From: Nitrosopumilus sp.
GTDB lineage: Archaea; Thermoproteota; Nitrososphaeria; Nitrososphaerales; Nitrosopumilaceae
Reading direction: 5' to 3'
Assembly (NCBI GenBank): GCA_965205675.1
Contig: OZ242186.1
Span: 512,001 to 576,000, forward strand
DNA length: 64,000 nucleotides
Below, piece after piece: positions 21,262 through 30,516 of the stretch. A model generated the notes under the pieces. The model did not search any database. It had not been told where the DNA came from and worked only from the letters and a program-made list of their open reading frames with translations. The position numbers and the translations under genes were made by a program. Each line of letters begins with the position of its first letter. Positions within the stretch are counted from its first letter, which is position 1.

Positions 21262-21516
21262 ATGAATGGGAACATCTCTGAAAAAGATCAAAGGATTCTT
21301 TGTATGAGGAATTATTTTATGTGTAAAATATCAACATGTAGAAAATAATTAATTGTTCCAAAAACTGAAAATTGTAATGAATCCCACATAGGTGATATAG
21401 CGCATATCAAAGATGAAAGACCTTGTTTTGCATGCTATGATGAAAGCACGAATGAAAAGGGTAGAAACAAACGTTATGAAAAAACAAAAGGATTTGTTGC
21501 ACGTATTAAAAAATGA
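21262..21516 (+). pseudogene. Truncated HNH endonuclease relic
   Basis: ISEKDQRIL...CKISTCRK*...IGDIAHIKDERP...YD...RN resembles the N-terminal half of CxxxxC/AHI HNH nucleases; internal stop, second half missing. Confidence 0.6.
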
Positions 21517-21584
21517 CATAGTTAATTTGATAAATTTAAGCTCAAATATTTTTATGATTATTAATTATAATTATTAGTAAATCA

Positions 21585-21670
21585 GTTGACGATGGGGATT
21601 TGAGTCCATGAAACTGAGGCACTCGATCAGAGATTTTCAATCTCTCGCTATATCGCTAAGCCACGTCAAT
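21585..21670 (-). pseudogene. Degenerate tRNA (Ser-type long variable arm, loop TTGAAAA)
   Basis: TTGACG/CGTCAA acceptor, GCT/AGC D-stem, AGAGA-TTGAAAA-TCTCT arm, long variable region, damaged T-arm (ATGGA CTCAAAT CCCCAT). Confidence 0.7.
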
Positions 21671-21821
21671 GAGTTTTTCTTTTCAAATTTAAAGATAAAA
21701 TCTCTATGTTGTGATTATTGATGTTTTATGTTTCAATCTATTTTGCATATGTTGTTCTTACCGATCTAAAAAACATCCTTTGCTTTGAAAGAAATATCTA
21801 ATTCAAAGTCCATCAATATGT

Positions 21822-22211
21822 GTGAAATATTCTATCCTTGTTGAAATTCCAAACTCATCAAATATACTCTTAGAGTTAGATGATGCTCATTCTCCAAACA
21901 CTGTAAATGATTTTGTCGCAAAATTGCCTTTCTCTGTAGATCTTAATGTTTGGGGTGATGAGATTTACACTTCTAAATCTCCTATCACTCAACCTGAAGA
22001 AAATGCAAAATCTCCTGTACAATTGTATGATGTTGCATATTGGCCTACTGGTAAGGCAATCTGCTTGTTTTATGGCCCTACTCCAATTGGCAATCTTGAA
22101 GAAATTATTCCCGCATCTCCTGTTAATATAATCGGAAAAATTATTTCTCCTGACAAATCCATTTTGGATATTGCTCACAGCGAACATGTTACTTTTAGTC
22201 TTAAATTGTAA
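21822..22211 (+). CDS. Cyclophilin-like fold protein (TM1367/DUF369 type)
   Basis: WGDEIY, DVAYWPTGKAICLFYGPTP, PASPVNIIG. Confidence 0.82.
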   Translation: MKYSILVEIPNSSNILLELDDAHSPNTVNDFVAKLPFSVDLNVWGDEIYTSKSPITQPEENAKSPVQLYDVAYWPTGKAICLFYGPTPIGNLEEIIPASPVNIIGKIISPDKSILDIAHSEHVTFSLKL

Positions 22212-22602
22212 ATTCTTCTTCTATAGGAATTTCTACAATATTTGATTCAAGCAGATATGCTCTAAAATTTTTGTTAATTCCGGAATAAATTATCCATACT
22301 ACTGGATTACTTTGCATGAATTTTTTATCTGTACTTGATGGATATGCATCTGAGTTTGGATGTGAATGAAATATTCCTATCACCTCCATTTTTTTATCTT
22401 CTGCTGTCTTGTATCCTTCAATCAATTGCTCATTTGAAATTGTAAAGTTTACAGGTGATTTTTCAATATTTTCTGTTAAAAATAATTCCAAAACCTGTTC
22501 TTTTTTACCAAATAGTATGGCACATGACTCATTTGGTTTTTGATTCTCTGAATACTCTGATAAAATTTTTTTATCTGATCTTGATAGTTTAATTTTATGC
22601 AA
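22201..22602 (-). CDS. JAB/MPN+ (M67) metallopeptidase
   Basis: PNESC...FHSHP...PSSTD JAMM motif. Confidence 0.88.
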   Translation of the reverse strand: MHKIKLSRSDKKILSEYSENQKPNESCAILFGKKEQVLELFLTENIEKSPVNFTISNEQLIEGYKTAEDKKMEVIGIFHSHPNSDAYPSSTDKKFMQSNPVVWIIYSGINKNFRAYLLESNIVEIPIEEEFTI

Positions 22603-22604
22603 AT

Positions 22605-23705
22605 CTATTCTACGTTAACAATTCCGACCATCCATGGATGAACTTGACAGAAATAATTAAAAGTCCCTGCATCATCAAACGTCACTTCAAAAGTAGTACC
22701 TCCTGCAAATAAACCCGAATCAAATATTCCATCTCCTCCTTCTAACACAAATCCACTTGTTACCGTGTGTGCAACTGTATCGTCATTGCTCCAAGAAATA
22801 ACAGTTCCTGTATCTACTGTGACTTCAAATGGTAAATAACATTCATCGACTTCTTCACATCCTGGCGTGCCAGATCCTTGAGGAACTGAAATTATAACTG
22901 GCTCTAGTACTGCTTCAATCACCAATGTTGCAATCATCCAAGGATGAACAAAACAAAAGTATTCGTATTCCCCAAATTCCAAATCTGTTGTATCTAAAGA
23001 GTATGTTTCACCTGCACTAATCAAACTAGAATCAAATATCTCTCCAGTATTTTCAGTGTTTGTTACAGTGTGTACAGCAGAATCCGCATTTATCCATTCA
23101 ATAACATGTCCATGTGGGACAACTGCTTTATCTGGTGCATAATCTGGATTTCCTTCTATGGATGATTCTGCAAGAATTTCAATTGGATATGTTGGTCCTG
23201 ATGGTGCGAGATCTTCTGTAGGTTCTTCAATGCCTGCTTGTTGAGGAATCATGTATGTATCAGGAGATGAGAAAACTCCAAATGATATCCACATGATAAT
23301 TCCTACAGCTGATGCCATTGCTGCAATTGTCCCTATTGGTTTTACAATTGTTGAGTGCTTCATTGACAAATATCCAATAATGATTGCAGGGAAAGCGATA
23401 GCCATTAAAATTCCTGCTATGGTAATTGTATAGTTTGATGTATTCATAGTCAAAGCATACATCCCAAACCCTAATGATATTGACAAAATCACCAAAGTCG
23501 TTGCTTTGGCTCTATTGCTGGTAGAGACCCCTCCATCTAAGATGCCTGCTGCTAGGAAAATTAATCCTATAAACATGGTTAAACCCGTCAGTGCATGCAT
23601 GCCATCGATGAATGTATGTGCAATATTTGCATACGATAGTGTAAGGCCAGCTAATCCTATAGCTGTAAGTCCCATTCCTGGCATCATGAGGTCCCAATTA
23701 CTCAT
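22605..23705 (-). CDS. Multi-TM membrane protein with two C-terminal cupredoxin domains
   Basis: About five TM helices, then two HTVT...YFCxVHPWM type-1 copper sites. Confidence 0.85.
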   Translation of the reverse strand: MSNWDLMMPGMGLTAIGLAGLTLSYANIAHTFIDGMHALTGLTMFIGLIFLAAGILDGGVSTSNRAKATTLVILSISLGFGMYALTMNTSNYTITIAGILMAIAFPAIIIGYLSMKHSTIVKPIGTIAAMASAVGIIMWISFGVFSSPDTYMIPQQAGIEEPTEDLAPSGPTYPIEILAESSIEGNPDYAPDKAVVPHGHVIEWINADSAVHTVTNTENTGEIFDSSLISAGETYSLDTTDLEFGEYEYFCFVHPWMIATLVIEAVLEPVIISVPQGSGTPGCEEVDECYLPFEVTVDTGTVISWSNDDTVAHTVTSGFVLEGGDGIFDSGLFAGGTTFEVTFDDAGTFNYFCQVHPWMVGIVNVE

Positions 23706-23800
23706 TTAAGATAGCTGGTAGGGCTGAGATACTTATTCCTTGCGAAATATGGGGGATCTAGACGAAGAAATTAAATGGCTTTGGAATAGGATACAGTGAA

Positions 23801-24688
23801 TTGGGATTAAATGAAATCTTGGAGATATCCAAACCCCGAATTGTTGTTCTTTTAGTGATTACTGCAGTTACATCAATGTATGCTGCAAGTAAGCTAGTGT
23901 CAGGTGTCCCTGATCTAGATTATTGGTCGTATTTGCATATTGTAGTTGCCGGCGCATTAGCTTCTGCTGGCTCTAGTGCATTAAATCACTATTATGATAA
24001 AGACATTGATCCTAAAATGACTAGAACTAGTGCTAGACCTATCCCATCTGGACGTATGGCTGCATCTAATGTACTAATTTATGGTTTAGTTGTAAGTTGT
24101 ATATCTGTAATTTATGGTTATTTTACATTAAATGCTGTTTCTGCATTCTTTATCGCCGTTGGAATTTTTTCATATGTTATAATTTACACCGTTTGGTTGA
24201 AACGAAAAAATACCTCAAACATTGTAATTGGTGGTATTGCAGGTAGTGCTGCAGCTTGGGCAGGATGGGCAGCAGCAACTGGAAGTATGGATTTGTTAGG
24301 CTTCTTGGTCGGCTTCCTAGTTTTTGTTTGGACTCCTTCGCATTTTTGGTGTCTTGCAATGAAAATCAAAGATGAATATGCTCAAGCAAAAGTGCCGATG
24401 CTTCCAGTTGTAATTGGAATGCAAAAAACATCAAAATTTATTTTAGGTAACACATTAATTTTAATTCCATACTCGTTGGTACTTTCATTTATTCCAGATG
24501 GTATGGGAGTTGTTTATACTATCATTGCAATAATCTCTGGAGGATTGATGCTTGTATATCATTACAAATTAACAAAGAACCCTACATCTGAATTTGCATG
24601 GAAGGCATACAAAGTAACTGCTCCTTATCTTACAATAATTTTTGTTGCCGTTGCATTAGATGCCGCATTCCACATTTCTTTATTCTAG
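23801..24688 (+). CDS. cyoE: Protoheme IX farnesyltransferase (heme o synthase)
   Basis: KPRIV, NHYYDKDIDPKMTRTSARPIPSG, YTVWLKR, WTPSHFW, VPMLPV. Confidence 0.93.
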   Translation: MGLNEILEISKPRIVVLLVITAVTSMYAASKLVSGVPDLDYWSYLHIVVAGALASAGSSALNHYYDKDIDPKMTRTSARPIPSGRMAASNVLIYGLVVSCISVIYGYFTLNAVSAFFIAVGIFSYVIIYTVWLKRKNTSNIVIGGIAGSAAAWAGWAAATGSMDLLGFLVGFLVFVWTPSHFWCLAMKIKDEYAQAKVPMLPVVIGMQKTSKFILGNTLILIPYSLVLSFIPDGMGVVYTIIAIISGGLMLVYHYKLTKNPTSEFAWKAYKVTAPYLTIIFVAVALDAAFHISLF

Positions 24689-24691
24689 AAA

Positions 24692-24988
24692 TTATTTATC
24701 TACACCTGGAAAGCTAGCTTCATAGTCGCTTTCCATAGTTTCCTTTACTTGTTCTTGTATTTTATCTACTTGTTTTTCTACAACTACAACTTCTATCCTA
24801 CGTTCATCTTTAGTAATCCATGTTACTGTGATGAGGCCAAGAATTTCTAAATCTAAAAGAATTTTGTTAAATCTATCATCTGCAATAACGTGTTCATCTT
24901 TTACTAGACTCTTAAAAAGTTCAACATCTGTCAAACGCTTTGCTTCTTTTATTTTGTCAAATACTGTATTTCTTATTGGTATTGCCAT
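24692..24988 (-). CDS. Conserved archaeal hypothetical protein (possible winged helix)
   Basis: FNKILLDLEILGLITVTW; in tandem with cdc48. Confidence 0.7.
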   Translation of the reverse strand: MAIPIRNTVFDKIKEAKRLTDVELFKSLVKDEHVIADDRFNKILLDLEILGLITVTWITKDERRIEVVVVEKQVDKIQEQVKETMESDYEASFPGVDK

Positions 24989-24991
24989 TTT

Positions 24992-27160
24992 TTATCCGTA
25001 GAATGATTTATCTCCTGTCTTTGGCACTACATTAGATATACTTTCCTTTACTGTATTATACCATTGATTCACTTCTTTTGTAATTGATGGTCTTACTTGC
25101 TTTAAGCTATTTGCAAAGTCCTGACTTGAAATCTTTGATGACTTGTTCCTCATTGCTTCTACTGCTGCTTCTCTGCATAATGCTGCCAAATCTGCTCCAG
25201 TATAGTTTTGAGTAGCTACTGCAATCTCTTGTAACTTTACATCACTTGCTAGTGGCATCTTTCGTGTTAAAATTTTGATTATATCTAATCTACCTTTCTC
25301 GTCTGGTGGCGTAACATACAATACTAAATCTAATCTGCCTGTTCTAAGTAAAGAATTATCTAAAACATCTGGACGATTTGTAATTCCAATTACAACTACT
25401 CTTGATGAAATTCCTTCTTCTATCTCTGTAAGTAATTGACTGAGAATTGTTTCACTTGTTCCACCTTCACCTGATTTGTATTTTGCAATGGAATCTAACT
25501 CATCAAAAATTACCACGCATGGTGATGATGATTTTGCTTTTCTAAAAATTTCTCTTATTGCTTTTTCAGATTCTCCTAACCATTTGGAAAGAATTTCTGG
25601 ACCTCTGACTAAAATCATATTTGCCCCAGTTTCAGTAGCTAGTGCTCGTCCAAGTAATGTCTTACCACAACCTGGAGGCCCATAAATCAAAGCGCCTTTT
25701 GGTGGTCTTATTCCCATCTTTGTAAATCTACTTGGTTCTTTCATTGCCATTATGAGATTATCTGATAATGATTTTTTGATATCTCCTAATCCTCCAACAT
25801 CTTGCCACCATACTTTTGGTCTTTCTACATAAAATTCTCTCATTGCTGTGGGGATAACTTCATGCATGGCATCATAAAAGTCGATTAATTTTATCTGCAT
25901 TGATTCTAATACTTCGGAAGGAATTTTTTCTGTTTCAAGATCAATTTCTGGCAAATATCTTCTAATTGATTTTAGTGCCGCTTCTCTACATAATGATTTG
26001 ATATCTGCACCAGTATATCCATGTAATTCTGATGACAAGTCTTTAAGATCAATATCTTCACTTATTGGCATTCCTCGTGTATGGATTTCAAGAATCTCTA
26101 ATCTTCCATCTTCATTTGGCACTGAAATCTCAAATTCTCTATCAAATCTTCCTGGTCTTCTAAGTGCTGGATCAACACTATCTGGTCTATTGGTTGCTCC
26201 TAGAACAATAACATTTCCTCTATCATTAAGACCATCCATTAGTGCTAATAGTTGAGCGACAACTCTTTTTTCTACATCTCCATATGCTTCTTCTCTTTTT
26301 GGAGCAATGGCATCAATTTCATCTATGAATATTATACTCGGAGAATTGTCTTTTGCTTCTTTGAAAATATCTCTTAGTTTAGCTTCTGTTTCGCCATAAT
26401 ATTTATTCATTATTTCTGGACCGTTAATTGGAAACATGTTAGCTTCTGATTCACTTGCCATAACTTTTGCAAGTAACGTCTTACCACAACCTGGTGGACC
26501 ATAAAGTAAAATTCCACTATGTGGTTCAATTCCCAATCTTGCAAATAACTCTGGATGTTTTAATGGCAATTCTACAATTTCTCTCATTGCTTTTACTTCA
26601 TGTTGTAATCCTCCCACCTCTTCGTATGTTACACGAACTTTACGGTCAACTGATGTCTCTGTTGAAATGTTAAGATTTGTTGTACGGTCAATCTTGACTA
26701 CTCCTTTTGGTGTTGTTTTTGTAATTTTAAAATCCATAGAGTTTCCTAAAATCATAACTGATATTTCGTCTCCATGTGTAATTGGCAATCCTTTTAATCT
26801 ATTTTTAACAAAATCTGTAAATTCTTTGTCAACTGTTACTGAATCATTAACTGGTGTTAATGAAACAGTTTTTGCAAATTTTGATGTTACTTTACGGATT
26901 TTTACAAAATCATTTAATGATGCACCTACATTTTTCCTAGTTTGTCCGTCTACTCTAATGATATCTGGTATTTTTTCATCTTCATCTACTGGCCAAACAA
27001 CTGCACAGCTGGATCTTGAACCCATTACTTCAATAATATCTCCTGGTGTAACTTTGAGAGAATCCATGGCTTCTGGACCAATTCGAGCACGTTTTTTTCC
27101 TACGTCTCTTTGTTTTGATTCTCCAATCCTCATTTGCAAAGGCTCTTCTTTGCGTGTCAA
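24992..27160 (-). CDS. cdc48: CDC48/p97 (VAT) AAA+ ATPase
   Basis: N domain plus two AAA modules (GPPGCGKT twice, [16 protein letters not shown]). Confidence 0.96.
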   Translation of the reverse strand: MTRKEEPLQMRIGESKQRDVGKKRARIGPEAMDSLKVTPGDIIEVMGSRSSCAVVWPVDEDEKIPDIIRVDGQTRKNVGASLNDFVKIRKVTSKFAKTVSLTPVNDSVTVDKEFTDFVKNRLKGLPITHGDEISVMILGNSMDFKITKTTPKGVVKIDRTTNLNISTETSVDRKVRVTYEEVGGLQHEVKAMREIVELPLKHPELFARLGIEPHSGILLYGPPGCGKTLLAKVMASESEANMFPINGPEIMNKYYGETEAKLRDIFKEAKDNSPSIIFIDEIDAIAPKREEAYGDVEKRVVAQLLALMDGLNDRGNVIVLGATNRPDSVDPALRRPGRFDREFEISVPNEDGRLEILEIHTRGMPISEDIDLKDLSSELHGYTGADIKSLCREAALKSIRRYLPEIDLETEKIPSEVLESMQIKLIDFYDAMHEVIPTAMREFYVERPKVWWQDVGGLGDIKKSLSDNLIMAMKEPSRFTKMGIRPPKGALIYGPPGCGKTLLGRALATETGANMILVRGPEILSKWLGESEKAIREIFRKAKSSSPCVVIFDELDSIAKYKSGEGGTSETILSQLLTEIEEGISSRVVVIGITNRPDVLDNSLLRTGRLDLVLYVTPPDEKGRLDIIKILTRKMPLASDVKLQEIAVATQNYTGADLAALCREAAVEAMRNKSSKISSQDFANSLKQVRPSITKEVNQWYNTVKESISNVVPKTGDKSFYG

Positions 27161-27168
27161 AAAATCAC

Positions 27169-27450
27169 CTATTTCATGTCAACTGACATTCTACTCATGT
27201 TGAGAACTTCAAATTCACTTACACCATCAGTTGATCTTATTGCGTTTTCTAGAGCATCACTTTGACCTTCTTTATCCTCTAAAACAAATTCTGCTTTGAT
27301 ACATTCTAAACCAAATGCCAGTGGTTCTTTTGCATGTCTTTTCATTGACATTCCTTCTGGTAATGTGGTTTTAATGGTCTCAGCTAGCCTATCTAAATCT
27401 ACTTCCATTCCTTGAGGAAGAATCTTTGTTATAAATAATAATTGAGTCAT
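27169..27450 (-). CDS. ef1b: Translation elongation factor aEF-1 beta
   Basis: EPLAFGL motif; downstream of a Zn-ribbon gene, the usual archaeal arrangement. Confidence 0.9.
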   Translation of the reverse strand: MTQLLFITKILPQGMEVDLDRLAETIKTTLPEGMSMKRHAKEPLAFGLECIKAEFVLEDKEGQSDALENAIRSTDGVSEFEVLNMSRMSVDMK

Positions 27451-27453
27451 TTT

Positions 27454-27636
27454 TTAAGGTCCCTGCGAATTACATGAAGAACAAGTGTAATTTCTTGCTG
27501 CTTCTCTGCAACTTTGACATCTCCAAATTAAATCTGCTCCACAACTAGGGCAATTGAATTTTACACACTTGTCATTAGGCATAATTGGTCTCTGGCAGCA
27601 ACTACATGTTGGTAATGATATGGTAGATGATGACAT
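27454..27636 (-). CDS. Small zinc-ribbon protein (DUF1610/HVO_2753-like)
   Basis: CSCC...FNCPSCG...IWRCQSCR...YTCSSC...GP. Confidence 0.85.
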   Translation of the reverse strand: MSSSTISLPTCSCCQRPIMPNDKCVKFNCPSCGADLIWRCQSCREAARNYTCSSCNSQGP

Positions 27637-27689
27637 ATCAGAAATTTCTGTAAACATCATTTATACCTTCCTTGAAAATTGGGCGTGTT

Positions 27690-28826
27690 TTAACCAAGTA
27701 GTTTTTTAATTTCTCCACCAATTAGAGTTTGAGCAGTTTTGATGGAACCCTTCAAACCTAATAATTTTATAATTGATCCTGTATGAAAATCAAAATCATC
27801 TTTTTCTGAAATATCTTTAATAATTTCTGGTGTAACTGATTCAAATAATTTATTGATTGTATTGTTATCTATTCGTTCTAAAATTTTTCTTGCCAATGAC
27901 TGTTTCTCAAATTCTTTACCAAATCTCTCCATCCATCTTTTTTGATATTGTTTTAATTCTTCTTTGTTGTTAGTTTTTAGAAATCTTGAAATTGCTTGCC
28001 CTGCATACACTCCTCCCATACCACTAGTAAAAATTCCTCCTGCTGTAGTAGGTTTTGCTTGTCCTGCTGCATCTCCTATGATGACTGTATTGTTTTCTAT
28101 GAAATTATCAATAGGTCCCTTTACCCAAATTGGTGCAAAAATCTTTCTAATTATAGAATAATTTCCTTTTTCTTCTAAAATTTCTTCCATTGTATTTGCT
28201 ACATTAATTCCTCTTCCTGCAATTCCTACTTTACCTTTACCTTCGTTAGATGGAATTATCCATGCAAAGAATCCTGGATACTTTTCTTGATCAAAAATCA
28301 CTTCTACTTTACCTTTCTTTATCCAATTTGCGTAGATTTCATATTGTGCTGATGACAAAATTCCGGTTCTATCTTTATGAATTAATGATGAGGCTCCTCT
28401 TGCATCAACAAAAATTTTACAATCTATTTTTTCTTTATTAGTTCTGATCCCCGTATCTGTCATTTCTTGAAAACTAGTTTTAACTTTGATTGTTGCTCCG
28501 TTTTTTTGAGCTTGAAAAGCTATCTGCTTATCTAATTCCCTTCTACTGATTTCTATGATTTTTTGTTTTTTTGCTTTGATTGTAAAACTATGTCTGTTAG
28601 GTGATGTTATCTCTGCTGACTCTATTATATGATCAAATGTTTTTCTAAATGGTATTATTCCAAGTTCTGTTAATCCTGCAATACTTACTAGGCCTCCACA
28701 ATGCTCTGGTGTCCCTATTTCATAATCTTCTTCAATTACTAAAACTGAAAAACCCTTTGAAGATATCTCTCTGGCGCATAATAATCCTGCAACACTCCCA
28801 CCTGCAATTACTACGTCATAGCTCAC
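27690..28826 (-). CDS. Geranylgeranyl reductase-family flavoprotein
   Basis: GGSVAG, HCGG, FAWIIP, GDAAGQAKPTTAGGI. Confidence 0.85.
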   Translation of the reverse strand: MSYDVVIAGGSVAGLLCAREISSKGFSVLVIEEDYEIGTPEHCGGLVSIAGLTELGIIPFRKTFDHIIESAEITSPNRHSFTIKAKKQKIIEISRRELDKQIAFQAQKNGATIKVKTSFQEMTDTGIRTNKEKIDCKIFVDARGASSLIHKDRTGILSSAQYEIYANWIKKGKVEVIFDQEKYPGFFAWIIPSNEGKGKVGIAGRGINVANTMEEILEEKGNYSIIRKIFAPIWVKGPIDNFIENNTVIIGDAAGQAKPTTAGGIFTSGMGGVYAGQAISRFLKTNNKEELKQYQKRWMERFGKEFEKQSLARKILERIDNNTINKLFESVTPEIIKDISEKDDFDFHTGSIIKLLGLKGSIKTAQTLIGGEIKKLLG

Positions 28827-29136
28827 AGATTTTGTTTCTTCGCCAATTATTTAATTTAAAGGTGTACTGGATTTCGTATTTATTTTTCTGTAAAGCCCAC
28901 AATTCAAACTACCCAACAAAAAGCGTATGACCATCAGTCTGGAACACCCAAAGGGTATTACGACTGAGGAAGGAACATCAAATTATACAAAGTCAACATA
29001 ATTCAAAAACTACAAACACATCAAAACTCCATTCTAGATTTTTAGAACATTATTAAAAATAAAAAAGGCTAGTTCAAAGACGAACTAACTTGACTGTCAA
29101 ACATTGTTACCAGACATAAATCATAATCAAAAGTCG

Positions 29137-29279
29137 TGGACCTGTTGGGAGTTGAACCCAAATCTCCTAGGTTTCAATTAGGTACATGACCCTCATGCTA
29201 CAAGTAATTGGGTATGCTGAGATAAAGTCAGTTAGGGCCTAGGTTTCAATTAGGTACATGACCCTCATGCTACAGGCCC
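29137..29279 (-). tRNA. Atypical tRNA-like gene (Ala acceptor identity, GAA anticodon) interrupted by a 72-nt insertion/duplication
   Basis: Removing one repeat+spacer gives GGGCCTG TA GCAT-GAGGGTC-ATGT A CCTAA-TTGAAAC-CTAGG AGAT TTGGG-TTCAACT-CCCAA CAGGTCC A (71 nt). Confidence 0.7.
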
Positions 29280-29345
29280 ACAAAGATTTAATAAATAATG
29301 AATGCTAATAACATTAGGTTTCAATTAGGTTAGGCCAGCGTGCTA
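29166..29345 (-). repeat. CRISPR-like mini-array: 37-bp perfect repeats 29166-29202 and 29238-29274, 35-bp spacer, degenerate third repeat ~29315-29345
   Basis: Repeat (-) TGTAGCATGAGGGTCATGTACCTAATTGAAACCTAGG; 16-nt core repeated exactly at 29315-29330; no cas genes in the window. Confidence 0.85.
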
Positions 29346-29401
29346 ATCTCTTTTTTCTATTTTGCAATGCTTACCATCCCCCATACAAAAATATCACAGA
29401 T

Positions 29402-30412
29402 TGCTGTGTTTCCCAACATGACTAGTTGATCCAATTAATTTCATCACCCAAGCTTTAGATCAGAATATTCTGTATTATTCCATGAACAGAAACTGGAAAA
29501 ATTACAACAAAACACTAGTTAGACGTGGAGAAATCATGTTGTCCTTTGACGCAATGGAATCATGGAGTATGGAACTAAAAGAGATGAATCACAAAAAGGA
29601 AGGTCATCGATTTGTCTATCCTGAATCCTTCATGGAGGCGCTAGGATACTGTCATCTCTATTTGCATCTTCCATTCAGACAAACAGAAGGTCTGATAAAA
29701 TCACACCTCCAATCCAAAACAAAGACTCCCACATATTCTGCCATTTGGAAACGTGTCAACAAACTTGACATCAAGATGAATCCAAAACTAGGAAAAGACA
29801 TTGTCATTGCAATAGACTCAACTGGAATCAAGGTTGCAGACAGAGGTGAGTGGATGAGACAGAAATGGCAGAAGAGAAGAGGATTTCTTAAAATTCATGT
29901 GGCAGTAGATGTGAAATCTAAACAGATCACAGGGATTGATATTACAGATGACAAGTCACATGATTCAAAACATTTCATATCGCTAGTTGAGCAATTAAAA
30001 CAGTTTGGCAATGTCACTAAAACTTTGGCTGATGGTGCATATGATACAAAGGACAATTTTTCATATCTGTATTATGATAATGATATTCTACCTGCAATTA
30101 AAACAAGAAAAAACTCATCAGTTGTAACTGATTGTTATCCTCGGAGAAAGTCTGTTTTGGCACAATTGTATAACTTGGATCTATGGAAGCTCAGCGTAAG
30201 CTATGGGGATAGATGGATTGTAGAGGGAGTATTCTCTGTATTCAAAAGAATATTTGGAGAGCATGTGACATCGCACAAGAGAGAAAACATGATTCATGAA
30301 TTGAAAATGAAAGTTTGTCTGTACAATAAAATGATTGCAATGCAATAGAATCAGAAATGATTTCAAAGCATCAAAGAGTGTTGATGGTTATTTGGGGTTG
30401 GGAAACAAAGCA
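29402..30412 (+). mobile_element. IS5-family insertion sequence (IS903-like), ~1011 bp
   Basis: 16-bp TIRs TGCTGTGTTTCCCAAC / GTTGGGAAACAAAGCA (15/16 match); no clear target duplication. Confidence 0.88.
29482..30348 (+). CDS. IS5-family DDE transposase
   Basis: NWKNYNKTLVRRG, AIDSTG, KIHVAVD, ADGAYD, YGDRWIVEGVFSVFKR. Confidence 0.92.
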   Translation: MNRNWKNYNKTLVRRGEIMLSFDAMESWSMELKEMNHKKEGHRFVYPESFMEALGYCHLYLHLPFRQTEGLIKSHLQSKTKTPTYSAIWKRVNKLDIKMNPKLGKDIVIAIDSTGIKVADRGEWMRQKWQKRRGFLKIHVAVDVKSKQITGIDITDDKSHDSKHFISLVEQLKQFGNVTKTLADGAYDTKDNFSYLYYDNDILPAIKTRKNSSVVTDCYPRRKSVLAQLYNLDLWKLSVSYGDRWIVEGVFSVFKRIFGEHVTSHKRENMIHELKMKVCLYNKMIAMQ

Positions 30413-30516
30413 CTATTTTAATTTTTGAGACATTACCATGAATACAAAAACACAAAGAGCCTTGTATAATCCATTTAATTTAAAAGTTTTTCATTAAGTT
30501 TATTTTTGATAATAAC

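Noticed and set aside
22201-27160. JAB + CDC48 (with zf-UBP at 44435) as a ubiquitin-like system
   Set aside because: The genes are separated by unrelated loci and no Ubl/E1/E2 gene is present; all are widespread archaeal genes.
29137-29279. tRNA-Sec, tRNA-Pyl or tmRNA
   Set aside because: No UCA/CUA anticodon and no long variable arm; too short for tmRNA and no tag reading frame seen.
29166-29345. Calling the repeat-spacer unit a bona fide CRISPR array
   Set aside because: Only two perfect repeats, the repeat is part of a tRNA cloverleaf, and there are no cas genes in the window; kept as CRISPR-like.
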